Below are positions 38,424-47,936 of a stretch of DNA of 64,000 nt, one piece after another. The first letter of the stretch is position 1; each line of letters begins with the position of its first letter. The notes below the pieces were generated by a model. The model worked only from the letters and a program-made list of their open reading frames with translations. It searched no databases and was not told the DNA's origin. Location of the stretch: assembly GCA_965267335.1 (NCBI GenBank), contig OZ253953.1, forward strand, positions 1,743,465 through 1,807,464. Reading direction: 5' to 3'. This DNA comes from Cytophagales bacterium. GTDB lineage: Bacteria > Bacteroidota > Bacteroidia > Cytophagales > JAAEPT01. Made by a program: the position numbers and the translations under genes.

Positions 38424-39335
38424 TTACCGGAGTTGAATGTAAGTTGCCCCGTATCCGAATTTCTGTTTGTTGGCATCTTCAAACCAGGCTATGTCACCAC
38501 GCTTAGACAGGCGTTTATGGATTTCCATTCTCAGAATTCCATTCCCTACTCCATGAATGACAGTGAGGTGATCCAGGTTAGAAGCAATGGCGTTTTCCAA
38601 TGCCGTTTGAAATGCACTTAGTTGTATGGATAAGATATTGTCTTCCGGAACAGCTTCTCCTTCTTCCACAAGCGCTTCTATGTGTAGGTCTATTTCATCC
38701 TTGGGCTTTACTGATTCCGTAGTTCGTATTGTCCCTGTGGCCATCGCTTCCGCTAGGGCTTTTGGATCGATTGCAGTGCCCGACTCTGATTCAAGAAGCA
38801 GAGTGTAGAGGTGCCCTTCTACTGAATCGAAACTTGATTTATCATTGAGGTCCAGAATGAATTCTCGTAAAGGTAGTGGGGCATCACCTTCAGAGAATCG
38901 GATGAATTGTATAGCCAGGGTTGGGGCTTCTAATCCTTCTTTTTTAATCTTTAAATTAAACGTTGAATTATTGTTTATTTTAAATGATTCAATTCCTTCA
39001 TATATGTTGTTTATTTGCTCATAAATGAATATATGATAGTAATAATTAAAGTTGTTATTAAAGATTAATTTTAAATATTTATTATCCCTGAAATCTACAT
39101 CAATTGAGAGGGATTGAGTTGTGGTTTTTTGTGTTTTTTGCTCCTCCTTATTAGACTCATTCGGTTTTTCTTCCTCCGTACTTTCTACACTCTCAATCAG
39201 TGTGATCTCGGATATATGTACCTCAATGGTAAAACCATCATCAAGTTCAATTTCAAAAAGGCCGTTGCCTGTTTGCCCTACAATGTAACCTGATTCTGTT
39301 CCTCTTGTCAATTTGATTTTGTCACCTACTTTCAT
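38424..39335 (-). CDS. Smr (MutS2 C-terminal-like) domain protein
   Basis: The C-terminal roughly 80 aa (EIDLHIEAL...LTVIHGVGNGILRMEIHKRL...) match the Smr domain. The N-terminal part is a KOW/SH3-like segment. Confidence 0.75.
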   Translation of the reverse strand: MKVGDKIKLTRGTESGYIVGQTGNGLFEIELDDGFTIEVHISEITLIESVESTEEEKPNESNKEEQKTQKTTTQSLSIDVDFRDNKYLKLIFNNNFNYYYHIFIYEQINNIYEGIESFKINNNSTFNLKIKKEGLEAPTLAIQFIRFSEGDAPLPLREFILDLNDKSSFDSVEGHLYTLLLESESGTAIDPKALAEAMATGTIRTTESVKPKDEIDLHIEALVEEGEAVPEDNILSIQLSAFQTALENAIASNLDHLTVIHGVGNGILRMEIHKRLSKRGDIAWFEDANKQKFGYGATYIQLR

Positions 39336-39338
39336 GTC

Positions 39339-40250
39339 CTAGAAATATAGTGGTTTAAAGCTCAGGCCATTTCTACTAAACTCAAGAGCCGGAAATGGTA
39401 CCTTGATTTGCTGAAAAATAAAGAACATAGTTTTCAGGAATTTGCTTGAAGTTTGAATTTTGGAGAGTTCAAAATCAATGGAGAGATAGTACTGTCTGCG
39501 ATGATCTCCATAACCTTGGGTAATATTCTCGTTACGTCTACCGTATATCATGTTATCACCACTGTAGCCCACCGCGAAGTTGAGCCATTTTGGGAATTTG
39601 GTGTCTCCGGGTAGGAAGGAAGATATATTTCCGGATAGCCAATAGGTTTGTCCGTTATAGTCTTTGAATAACTCGTCATTGTACTTAGCGCCAAGTACGG
39701 AAGGTCTAAGGTTAGAATAACCGGTGCGGTGGAAACTAAATTTCGGATGTATTCTGATCTCGTCCCATAGCATATACTGACTTAGTACCGCACCTGAACC
39801 TGCTGTGTTAGCAACAAGGTCTCCCCATGAAGCGCCAAAGTCTTTTTGAAACCCATCAAGAATTTCTACCGGAGTTTGAAAAATAAAACCGGTAAGGCTG
39901 CCCCAAATTACTGCTTTGCGGTGCTCAAGCCCTGCCCATTCCAAGACTTTTACGCCTGCTCTACTATATTGATAGGCTCCGTAGAAATGTCCGACCTTAT
40001 CCATTTGTAACCATTGCGGGTTGTCATTGAAAAAATGAAACTTACTCCTTGGGCTTTGTTTGTACCATAGTTCATTGAGTCCGATGAGATAGCCGGTATA
40101 AACTACAGGGGTACTAATCATCAGAAAGGTTTTGCGTCCCTTCAGGGAATCTCTTTCATATGAAGGAGAGCAATGGCTTTGTGCGGAACAATGAATTCGA
40201 GCGCTCAATAAGGCCAGGTATAAAATATGTTTCAGCACAACTGGTCTCAT
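39339..40250 (-). CDS. DUF2279 (YfiM-like) family protein
   Basis: Signal peptide and a DKVGHFYGAY motif typical of DUF2279. Its start overlaps the tamB stop (TAATG). Confidence 0.65.
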   Translation of the reverse strand: MRPVVLKHILYLALLSARIHCSAQSHCSPSYERDSLKGRKTFLMISTPVVYTGYLIGLNELWYKQSPRSKFHFFNDNPQWLQMDKVGHFYGAYQYSRAGVKVLEWAGLEHRKAVIWGSLTGFIFQTPVEILDGFQKDFGASWGDLVANTAGSGAVLSQYMLWDEIRIHPKFSFHRTGYSNLRPSVLGAKYNDELFKDYNGQTYWLSGNISSFLPGDTKFPKWLNFAVGYSGDNMIYGRRNENITQGYGDHRRQYYLSIDFELSKIQTSSKFLKTMFFIFQQIKVPFPALEFSRNGLSFKPLYF

Positions 40251-43200
40251 TATTTTTTCTCTTCTACTGAGACTTCTTCCTCCTTTTTTATCTCCGTCTT
40301 ATTGGTTTGCTTGTTCTTTTTTTCCTTTTGCTTCTTTTTAATGAGGTCCGAAAGGTTGTTGAAACTTTGTGTATACATTATTGAGGCTCCGTAAAGCTGA
40401 CTGTTGTTGTTTTGCAGCGAGGTTGAGATAGTATTCTGGTTAGTTTTGTTATATGCTTTCAGTCGCAGTCTACCGTCATCGGTAATCATATATTCAACTG
40501 TAACTTCTCCCATCAAACTATTAAGGTTGGCGGTATTATCAACATTGGTAAAGCCTCCATCCCTGGTAATTCGGATTTTTCCATCTAAAGCCTCAACGGA
40601 TAATCTGAATCGTAATGACTGAAGCGCGTCTTCATCCAAGCTGTTAAGGTCAATATCGACTTCAACATTTTCATCGACTTGCGAAAGCCATGCACTAAAT
40701 TGATTGGCAATTAGTTCAGTGACATTACCAGATACATCTCCTCCCTGAAATGAATTTTCGGGAGACAGCTGTTGTAGTACCATTAAGCTAAATACTTGCC
40801 GATTTAGTTCCTGCTCGTCATCATTGATTCTTCTGTCAAACTTTTTGATAAAGTCATTAGTACTTACAGGTGCCCCGGAAGTCCCCATTACTGTGCTTGG
40901 CACATCAGCAAACTCAATGTCGAAGTCGATATCAGGAGCCAAAAGCTTATTTTTTAATTTCATAAGGACGATAACAGGATATGGCTTATTGGCTTCTGCT
41001 GAAGAGGCGTCTACCACCGCGGTATCAAATATAGGAAGCAGTTTGGTGTTTTGTTGATAGTAGGCTGTGAGGTCGATGGTTCCTTCATAAGGGTCACCAT
41101 CCCAGGACACCGTACCTCCGGGTTTTGCTTTAAATTTTTTATCAATGATATTGGCGAATTTGAAATTGTAGGATCCGTCTTCAATTGTGTAACTACCGTG
41201 CATAGTGAATTCATCTTCGCGTGTATCAATGCCCATAGTTATTCCACCATAACCTTTATTTACATAGAATACTTCCTCATCATATATAATTGTAAAGCTG
41301 GCGTCTCGAGTAACGTTGAAGTATAGGTTCATAGTGATTCCAGATACAGAAAAGGTGACTTGATTGGAATCTTTTTCAACGTTGTCTTCTTCCTTATCCT
41401 TGGATACATAGGTGATGAAGCTATGTTGTACGATACTGCTGGTACTTGATGTGGGAATAATAATGTTCGTTCCTTTATTGCTGGTTAGCTCTTTGGAGTC
41501 AATGTTGAGGTCGGAGAATGTGCCATACATTGATACCGTACCGGTGGCTATTCCTTTACCATAGAATAGGTCGTTATCACCGGCCTTTGTATTAAGAACA
41601 AGACAATTATTCAGGGAAGCTTTCAGATTTACAGTGAAATTTTTAAAAAGTTCATGGGTAAGTCCGCCATTCAAAACAGCCGTGTGACCGTTTTTACTGA
41701 TATTGAATTTTGACACACTATCCTGAACAACCATTCTGTTGAGATATATGCTATCATAGTTGAAATGAATGTAATCATTGAAATAGTATTGTGAATTCAA
41801 GTAAGCTATCTTGAAAGTTCCGTTGGATATCTTAGTCTTTCCAAAGAAGTCAGGATGTTTTAAGTTCCCAAGAATCTTAATTTCACCATTCGCTATTCCG
41901 TTTAATTTGGTGACCTGGCCTGCAAGGTAAGGTTCAAGGAATTTGATGTTGGTATTGTTGAGGACAAGGTTCATATCCAGTTGTGCGCTATCGATTCTAT
42001 GGTTATATGTCCCTTGAAGTTTGGCAATCACTGAAGTGTCACTAAATAAATTCGTATTCAGGTTAAGTAGTTGTTCTTCTCTCAACCAATCCATGGTGCC
42101 GTCTATATGACCGATCTGGATTCCTTCAGCGACAAGGCTATCCACATCAAGTATACATTTGAAGTTTATAGCCCCATAAATTTCTTTAAGGTCCAGATTG
42201 CCATTGAAGCGCCCTTCAAGTTTCGTGTTGATGATCGGCTCAAGGTTTAGTAAGTTGAAATTTTGAATTGAAAAAGAGGCTGTTTTATCCTGTTGTTCGG
42301 AGAACATTCCATCTAAACCGATTTTCTGATCTTCATTTGATAGTACCAGATGATTAAAAGTTATTTCCTTCGCCTGGTCGGTAAGCACAATGGAGTTGCT
42401 GGAGTCGACCCTCCAGATTTGCTGTACCAAACTTACTTCAGAGGGTAGTAGGTGGATGACGGAACTGTCTTCATAAAAACTCATGTTCCCGTTGAGGTCA
42501 GCGTAATTGGATTTACCGTGTTGGTGTATGCTGGCACTGAAGTCAATTTGATTTTTTGTCCAAGTACCTGCAATGTTGAGGTCACGAGTATTTGGGGAAT
42601 TAAGATATTGTTGTGTTTCCGAGGTTACCAGAAATGAAGCCAGAGCAGTTGTGTTGTCAGTCATTTTGGAGGCCGAGATTTCAACCTGATTATTTTCAAA
42701 TGTATGTTCCTTAAAAATTAATTTATCAAACTGAGAAGCTACGGTAAACCTTGCTGATTCGCCATTGAAAAAGGTCCCGTGGAAATGAGCACTATCTGAA
42801 ATTTCTACTTCAGGGAAAAACAGATTGGTCAAAGGAGTTAATCTGTGTACCAGAATATCATAATTCATGGCATACTTTTTTGGGGTGTATTCACTTTTCT
42901 TTTTGTTGTAGTACTCTTCTGTAAGTTCATTGTCATTTTTAAATAAGAGTATATATTCCTGTAATAAATTGGCCCCGTCTTTATACAATGATTTGAATTC
43001 AAAGTCACCTTCGGCTAAAACATCAAAGTAGCTGGATTTTAGTTTAAAGGTTCGAGATGAATCTGACTTTCTGGACTCTAGCTCGAAGTCATTCATTTTC
43101 AGCTCCCGACCCTCATAAATCATATGGGTTCCCTGGAGCTTGGCCATTCCTTCAAGTTCATCTGGAGTAAGTCCTTTGAATCCAAGGTCCAAATAGCTTC

Positions 43201-44848
43201 TGAAGAAAGCGGTGTCTTCTGTTATTCCAAGTTGCATGAGGTTGGCTGTGTCAATTAGAGTTTTTACTCTGAATATATTTTTTCCAGGCCGGAGATCAAC
43301 TTTTCCCCTGGAGCGGAGCCTAAGGTTTTTGTCTGTGACTTTGAGGAAACCATCAAAGTATGAGTTTTTCAGCTCACCATCGACCACAATGTTTTTGTAG
43401 CTATACTTAAAAAGATCGAGTCTTGAAATTACAGCATCCAGATTGATAGTACCTTCTTCCACTGAAAATCCCGTTCCCCGAATTTTACCGTTCAAATCTA
43501 TCTTTCCTACCTTATCTTTATTCAGGAACCTTCCAAGGTCAAATCCCTTCGTAAGTAGATGCCCGGAGTAGTGGGGTAATTTTACTTCATCTAACTTAAA
43601 CCTAAGGTCTGAATTGATATAGCCCAAATCAGTATTAAACTTTCCATAGGCCACAAAGTCAGTTGGAAAGCCATCAAATCGTGCGTTCAGGTCAATTTTA
43701 CCAAACTTTTTTTCTTCACTATATTCCTTAATACCTAGGTACTGCCTTATATCTTCAGGGTAGATGTGCGAGTCTTCGAGTTGCACCCTCATTTCCGTTT
43801 CAAGTATTTTAGGGATACCTGTTAGCCGGAATTCACCTTTCAGATTACTTCGGTCTCCGAATTTCAATTGGAAACTATCGGCTTTGAATTTTTTCATTTT
43901 GCCGTTGATGTTTCCATGTAAATACCAGCTATCCTCGTACTGCTTGAGTGTAGGGGCCACTATTGACAGATCTTTGGAATAAAAAACGGTGCTATCCAGA
44001 TCTGCAACCACATTGACCGAGTCATTGAAATAGTTCATTTGTCGTATGTGGGTGAATTCAAACCTAATTAGATTGCTGATGTGGCTTCTTCCCAAATCAA
44101 TGCTTAAGTTGCTGAATTCCATTTTGGAGCGATTGAGTTCCATACGCGTGTCCAGGTCAATGATAGGGAATTGAAGCTTTCTCTCCATTGCTGATAAGTG
44201 ATGGGCAGTTAGATTGAATGTATCCCTTCTTATGAAGAGATCATCTACGGCCACGTTGATGCTGTCAAATGAAAAATGATTATGGTCGAACCTATCGGGA
44301 TCATCCATGACTGGCTTCCGTTTGTCTGAATAATTGAACTCACCATTAACGAGGAGAACTTTCTGAGTCATGAAAGCAATCCATTTGCGTTTTTTCTTTT
44401 TCTTCTTCTTTTTGAATGAATTTCTTATCGTATTTATGAAGTGGTTCATATTCAGTGTACCACTTGTATCCTTAATCAGGTTGACATGTGGCCGATGAAT
44501 TTGAGCTTCTTCAATGACAATGGGGTCGGAGAACAGACTAGTAAACTTGAAATCAAGACTTAGCTCTTCTACATAAATCATTTGTTCATCATTTGGATCT
44601 TTGATGCGGACATTTTTAAGTACAGCATCATCAAACCAATTGATTTCAACCCGATCGATAGTAATCTCATGATCTATTCTTTCGCTCAGGTGATCTGCTA
44701 CCTTCTGTGCAATCATAGTCTGCACTGCAGGAAACTGTAGAAGAATGAAAAGTAGTACAATCAATGAAAATACTGTCACTAACGAGTACTTGATGACTTT
44801 CCATGTCCACCTTTTAATCTTTGATAATATTTTTCGTTCTTTGCGCAC
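40250..44848 (-). CDS. tamB: translocation and assembly module protein TamB-like (AsmA-like superfamily)
   Basis: 1532 aa with an N-terminal TM anchor. A long beta-rich body and a C-terminal DUF490-like region follow. The size and the arrangement divergent from tsaD match Bacteroidota TamB-like genes. The start is GTG at 44848. Confidence 0.75.
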   Translation of the reverse strand: MRKERKILSKIKRWTWKVIKYSLVTVFSLIVLLFILLQFPAVQTMIAQKVADHLSERIDHEITIDRVEINWFDDAVLKNVRIKDPNDEQMIYVEELSLDFKFTSLFSDPIVIEEAQIHRPHVNLIKDTSGTLNMNHFINTIRNSFKKKKKKKKRKWIAFMTQKVLLVNGEFNYSDKRKPVMDDPDRFDHNHFSFDSINVAVDDLFIRRDTFNLTAHHLSAMERKLQFPIIDLDTRMELNRSKMEFSNLSIDLGRSHISNLIRFEFTHIRQMNYFNDSVNVVADLDSTVFYSKDLSIVAPTLKQYEDSWYLHGNINGKMKKFKADSFQLKFGDRSNLKGEFRLTGIPKILETEMRVQLEDSHIYPEDIRQYLGIKEYSEEKKFGKIDLNARFDGFPTDFVAYGKFNTDLGYINSDLRFKLDEVKLPHYSGHLLTKGFDLGRFLNKDKVGKIDLNGKIRGTGFSVEEGTINLDAVISRLDLFKYSYKNIVVDGELKNSYFDGFLKVTDKNLRLRSRGKVDLRPGKNIFRVKTLIDTANLMQLGITEDTAFFRSYLDLGFKGLTPDELEGMAKLQGTHMIYEGRELKMNDFELESRKSDSSRTFKLKSSYFDVLAEGDFEFKSLYKDGANLLQEYILLFKNDNELTEEYYNKKKSEYTPKKYAMNYDILVHRLTPLTNLFFPEVEISDSAHFHGTFFNGESARFTVASQFDKLIFKEHTFENNQVEISASKMTDNTTALASFLVTSETQQYLNSPNTRDLNIAGTWTKNQIDFSASIHQHGKSNYADLNGNMSFYEDSSVIHLLPSEVSLVQQIWRVDSSNSIVLTDQAKEITFNHLVLSNEDQKIGLDGMFSEQQDKTASFSIQNFNLLNLEPIINTKLEGRFNGNLDLKEIYGAINFKCILDVDSLVAEGIQIGHIDGTMDWLREEQLLNLNTNLFSDTSVIAKLQGTYNHRIDSAQLDMNLVLNNTNIKFLEPYLAGQVTKLNGIANGEIKILGNLKHPDFFGKTKISNGTFKIAYLNSQYYFNDYIHFNYDSIYLNRMVVQDSVSKFNISKNGHTAVLNGGLTHELFKNFTVNLKASLNNCLVLNTKAGDNDLFYGKGIATGTVSMYGTFSDLNIDSKELTSNKGTNIIIPTSSTSSIVQHSFITYVSKDKEEDNVEKDSNQVTFSVSGITMNLYFNVTRDASFTIIYDEEVFYVNKGYGGITMGIDTREDEFTMHGSYTIEDGSYNFKFANIIDKKFKAKPGGTVSWDGDPYEGTIDLTAYYQQNTKLLPIFDTAVVDASSAEANKPYPVIVLMKLKNKLLAPDIDFDIEFADVPSTVMGTSGAPVSTNDFIKKFDRRINDDEQELNRQVFSLMVLQQLSPENSFQGGDVSGNVTELIANQFSAWLSQVDENVEVDIDLNSLDEDALQSLRFRLSVEALDGKIRITRDGGFTNVDNTANLNSLMGEVTVEYMITDDGRLRLKAYNKTNQNTISTSLQNNNSQLYGASIMYTQSFNNLSDLIKKKQKEKKNKQTNKTEIKKEEEVSVEEKK

Positions 44849-44852
44849 GCTT

Positions 44853-45860
44853 ATGGAAACGACTATTCTGGCAATAGAATCATCTTGTGACGAAACAGGA
44901 GCAGCTATTATTCATAACGGCAAAATACTTGCCAACGTCATAGCAACGCAGTCTGTACATGAAAAGTACGGGGGTGTAGTCCCGGAACTTGCTTCTAGAG
45001 CTCATCAGCAAAATATAATACCTGTTGTCCAGGAGTCGTTTGAGCAAGCAAAGATAAGTAAAAAGGACCTAAATGCTGTTGCTTTTACCCAGGGACCAGG
45101 ACTTTTGGGTTCTTTGTTGGTAGGATCGTCATTTGCAAAGTCATTTGCTCACGCTCTCAAGTTACCGCTTATTGAAGTAAATCATATGCAGGCGCATATT
45201 TTGGCACATTTTATTGATGATCCAGTGCCTGAATTTCCTTTTCTATGCCTGACTGTAAGTGGTGGCCATACGCAGCTGGTTGTGGTTCGGGATTATCTTG
45301 ATATGGAAATTATTGGGGAGACACAAGATGATGCGGTTGGAGAGGCCTTTGATAAAACAGCCAAGCTAATAGGTTTACCCTATCCGGGAGGTCCATTGAT
45401 TGATAAGAATGCAAAGGAGGGGGACCCAAAGAAATATGATTTCCCAATTGTGGAAGTGGATGGCTTGGACTATTCTTTTAGTGGAATAAAAACCTCAATT
45501 CTTTATTTTTTGAAAAAGCAGCTTGATCAGGATCCGGATTTTTTAAAGAATCACATGAATGATCTTTGTGCAAGTGTACAGTATACGCTTATCGAGATTC
45601 TTATGAAGAAACTCAAAAAAGCCATGAAAGAAACCGGAATCAAACAGGTGGCGATAGCAGGTGGTGTCGCAGCAAATTCTGGCCTAAGAAGCAGGATTGA
45701 ACAGCTGGCAGGAAATCATGGATGGGATGTGTTTATTCCCAAGTTTGAATATTGCACCGATAATGCCGCTATGATTGCGATAACCGCTCATTATAAATAT
45801 TTGGCTGGTCAACTCTCTGATATGTCCGTAGTTCCGGACCCGAGGCTGAAATTTCAGTAA
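44853..45860 (+). CDS. tsaD: tRNA N6-adenosine threonylcarbamoyltransferase
   Basis: Begins METTILAIESSCDETGAAI at the ATG at 44853. It also has the HMQAH metal-binding motif, GGHT and GGVAAN. Confidence 0.9.
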   Translation: METTILAIESSCDETGAAIIHNGKILANVIATQSVHEKYGGVVPELASRAHQQNIIPVVQESFEQAKISKKDLNAVAFTQGPGLLGSLLVGSSFAKSFAHALKLPLIEVNHMQAHILAHFIDDPVPEFPFLCLTVSGGHTQLVVVRDYLDMEIIGETQDDAVGEAFDKTAKLIGLPYPGGPLIDKNAKEGDPKKYDFPIVEVDGLDYSFSGIKTSILYFLKKQLDQDPDFLKNHMNDLCASVQYTLIEILMKKLKKAMKETGIKQVAIAGGVAANSGLRSRIEQLAGNHGWDVFIPKFEYCTDNAAMIAITAHYKYLAGQLSDMSVVPDPRLKFQ

Positions 45861-45880
45861 TAATCTCTTAATTTTGCTAA

Positions 45881-46342
45881 ATGGCTTCCGGAAAGGATAA
45901 AAATAATATTCATATTAAGAACAAGAAGGCTTCTTTCGAGTATCAGTTTATTGATACTTATGTGGCCGGAATGAAACTTACCGGTACTGAAATAAAATCA
46001 GTACGAAATCAAAACGTGAGTTTGCAGGAAGCCTATTGTGTTATTATTGGTGGGGAGGTATTTGTGAAGAAGATGCACATATCAATTTATGAGCAAGGCG
46101 GGGTATATAATCATGAGCCGACTAGAGACCGAAAACTTCTTTTGAAAAAGCGAGAGATCGGAAAGATAGAAAATAAGCTGAAGGATCAGGGCTTGACATT
46201 AATACCAACTCGCTTGTTTGTCAATGATAGGGGGTGGGCTAAGCTGGAAATCGCAATAGCAAAAGGTAAGAAGCTATATGACAAGCGACAGGATATAAAA
46301 TCCAAAGATACCAAACGAGCTATAGAAAGGGCTGGATATTAG
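45881..46342 (+). CDS. smpB: SsrA-binding protein
   Basis: 153 aa. NKKASFEY...GTEIKS...L.EAY...GE....N.HI..Y and the basic C-terminal tail are typical of SmpB. Confidence 0.9.
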   Translation: MASGKDKNNIHIKNKKASFEYQFIDTYVAGMKLTGTEIKSVRNQNVSLQEAYCVIIGGEVFVKKMHISIYEQGGVYNHEPTRDRKLLLKKREIGKIENKLKDQGLTLIPTRLFVNDRGWAKLEIAIAKGKKLYDKRQDIKSKDTKRAIERAGY

Positions 46343-47089
46343 GTGTATGGTATTTGCAAACATAGTGTTGTTCCGGTAAGAGCAGAAGCTGCTGATTCAG
46401 CAGAGATGGTGACACAGGTTTTGTTTGGTGACTTATACGAGGTGATTGAGGAGACGGAGAAGTGGACGAAAATCAAGATATGGTATGATGGTTATGAAGG
46501 ATGGATTGACCCTAAACTTCACAGTCCTGTGTCAGATGAGTATGTCAATAACTACGTTTCTACTGAGCATGGAGTGGCCCACGAGTTAAACGTTTCATGT
46601 CAGGTAGGAGCTATTCCGGTTCAGGTATTGAGGGGAAGTGTCCTTCCTTTTTTTAAAGATATGAAGTCCTTAGTTGGAGACGAGTATGTATCATACATGA
46701 CTTCATTTCGACTACCTACTAGCAGTATGGCTAGTATTGCTGAAGCTTATATTGGCACTCCATACCTTTGGGGAGGCAAGTCACCCTTCGGAATAGACTG
46801 CTCAGGATTATCTCAACAAGTGGCTAGAATTGCCGGGAAGAAATTGTTGAGAGATGCCTGGCAACAAGCTGAACAAGGAGAAAGAGTAGACAGAACATCA
46901 GTGCAAGAAGGTGATTTGGCATTTTTCAATAATATGCAAGGGAAGATTATTCATGTTGGTATTATGACGGCACCAAACGAAATTATCCATGCACACGGTT
47001 ATGTGAGGAGGAGTAAAATGGATGATCATGGCATCTTAATGGAGGATGGAACCTATAGCCACCATCTTGCTCATCTTACCCGTATATAA
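46343..47089 (+). CDS. C40 (NlpC/P60) family peptidase with N-terminal SH3-like domain
   Basis: The catalytic region GIDCSGLSQQV...H...H follows an SH3b-like segment. The GTG start immediately follows the smpB stop. Confidence 0.8.
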   Translation: MYGICKHSVVPVRAEAADSAEMVTQVLFGDLYEVIEETEKWTKIKIWYDGYEGWIDPKLHSPVSDEYVNNYVSTEHGVAHELNVSCQVGAIPVQVLRGSVLPFFKDMKSLVGDEYVSYMTSFRLPTSSMASIAEAYIGTPYLWGGKSPFGIDCSGLSQQVARIAGKKLLRDAWQQAEQGERVDRTSVQEGDLAFFNNMQGKIIHVGIMTAPNEIIHAHGYVRRSKMDDHGILMEDGTYSHHLAHLTRI

Positions 47090-47233
47090 ACTCTAATTTA
47101 CATTATTATTACTATCAACAGGGATGCCTGACTTGATATGTGACTTATCCACAAAAAACTGATTATCAGTAGGAATTATATCATTTTTGCTAAAAAAGAC
47201 GTAATATAATGTAAGCAACTATGTTTTTTTGTC

Positions 47234-47728
47234 ATGTCTTCCAAAGTACTAGTACTCAATCAGGATTTCAGAGCTCTCACGATTTGTAGCATGGAAAGAG
47301 CGTTTATCCTTGTTTTTATGAGGAAAGCGGAGTTGGTAAGAGATGTAGAAGGCGAAGAATTGAGGACGGTTACAGAAATTTATCCAAAACCATCCATTAT
47401 CAGGCTTTCCAAGTACATTCATGTGCCTTACAGGAACGTGGAATTGACGCGATATAACGTGTTTAAGCGAGACGGTAATGCATGTGCATATTGTGGAAGT
47501 AAGTTGAATCTGACCCTCGATCATGTGATTCCGAAGTCTAAAGGAGGAAAAACAACCTGGAATAACCTGGTAGCTGCCTGCCGTAAATGTAATTCTAAGA
47601 AAGGCCATCTGACCCCTGAGGAAGCTGGGCTGGTACTCACCGTGAAACCCCATAAACCTACTTTCATCAATTTTATAAAAAAATCATTCAGGAGTTCTAA
47701 ACAGGACTGGATGGAGTATTTGGGGTAG
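47234..47728 (+). CDS. HNH endonuclease family protein
   Basis: CAYCG...[30 protein letters not shown] is a complete HNH/zinc-finger motif. Confidence 0.85.
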   Translation: MSSKVLVLNQDFRALTICSMERAFILVFMRKAELVRDVEGEELRTVTEIYPKPSIIRLSKYIHVPYRNVELTRYNVFKRDGNACAYCGSKLNLTLDHVIPKSKGGKTTWNNLVAACRKCNSKKGHLTPEEAGLVLTVKPHKPTFINFIKKSFRSSKQDWMEYLG

Positions 47729-47812
47729 TGAGTGCCGTATTTTTATCCTGCAAATGTCAAGTTTAGCGATTTATTGGATGCCGTACAGATAGTGATATTT
47801 CCTCCAAACATA

Positions 47813-47842
47813 TTGTGTTTCAAGACTATTTATCTACCTTTG
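47813..47842 (+). promoter_or_regulatory. candidate Bacteroidota-type promoter for rpsA (TTG-N19-TACCTTTG)
   Basis: TACCTTTG at 47835-47842 matches TAnnTTTG. A TTG lies 19 nt upstream. The promoter sits about 95 nt ahead of the rpsA ATG. Confidence 0.45.
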
Positions 47843-47936
47843 CAGTCCCTTTACGGTAAGGGGCTTGTGTTCAAACACTTGTATGTTTAATTAAATTTCA
47901 ACGGGACCGTCCGTTGATGTATTGAATCTAAAGAAA

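Noticed and set aside
38418-38808. Plus-strand ORFs of 60-67 aa antisense to the Smr gene
   Set aside because: They lie opposite a well-supported Smr-domain CDS and have no features of their own.
44385-44415. Pyrimidine-rich run encoding KKKKKKKKRK in tamB, considered as a slippage or phase-variation tract
   Set aside because: It is a mixture of AAA and AAG codons. The longest homopolymer is about 6 nt, too short and too interrupted for a contingency locus.
47234-47728. Stand-alone HNH endonuclease, considered as part of a restriction, defence or mobile element
   Set aside because: No methyltransferase, specificity subunit, intron or intein context, or repeats flank it. The neighbours are housekeeping genes (C40 peptidase, rpsA). 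Small HNH proteins of this layout are common conserved chromosomal genes.
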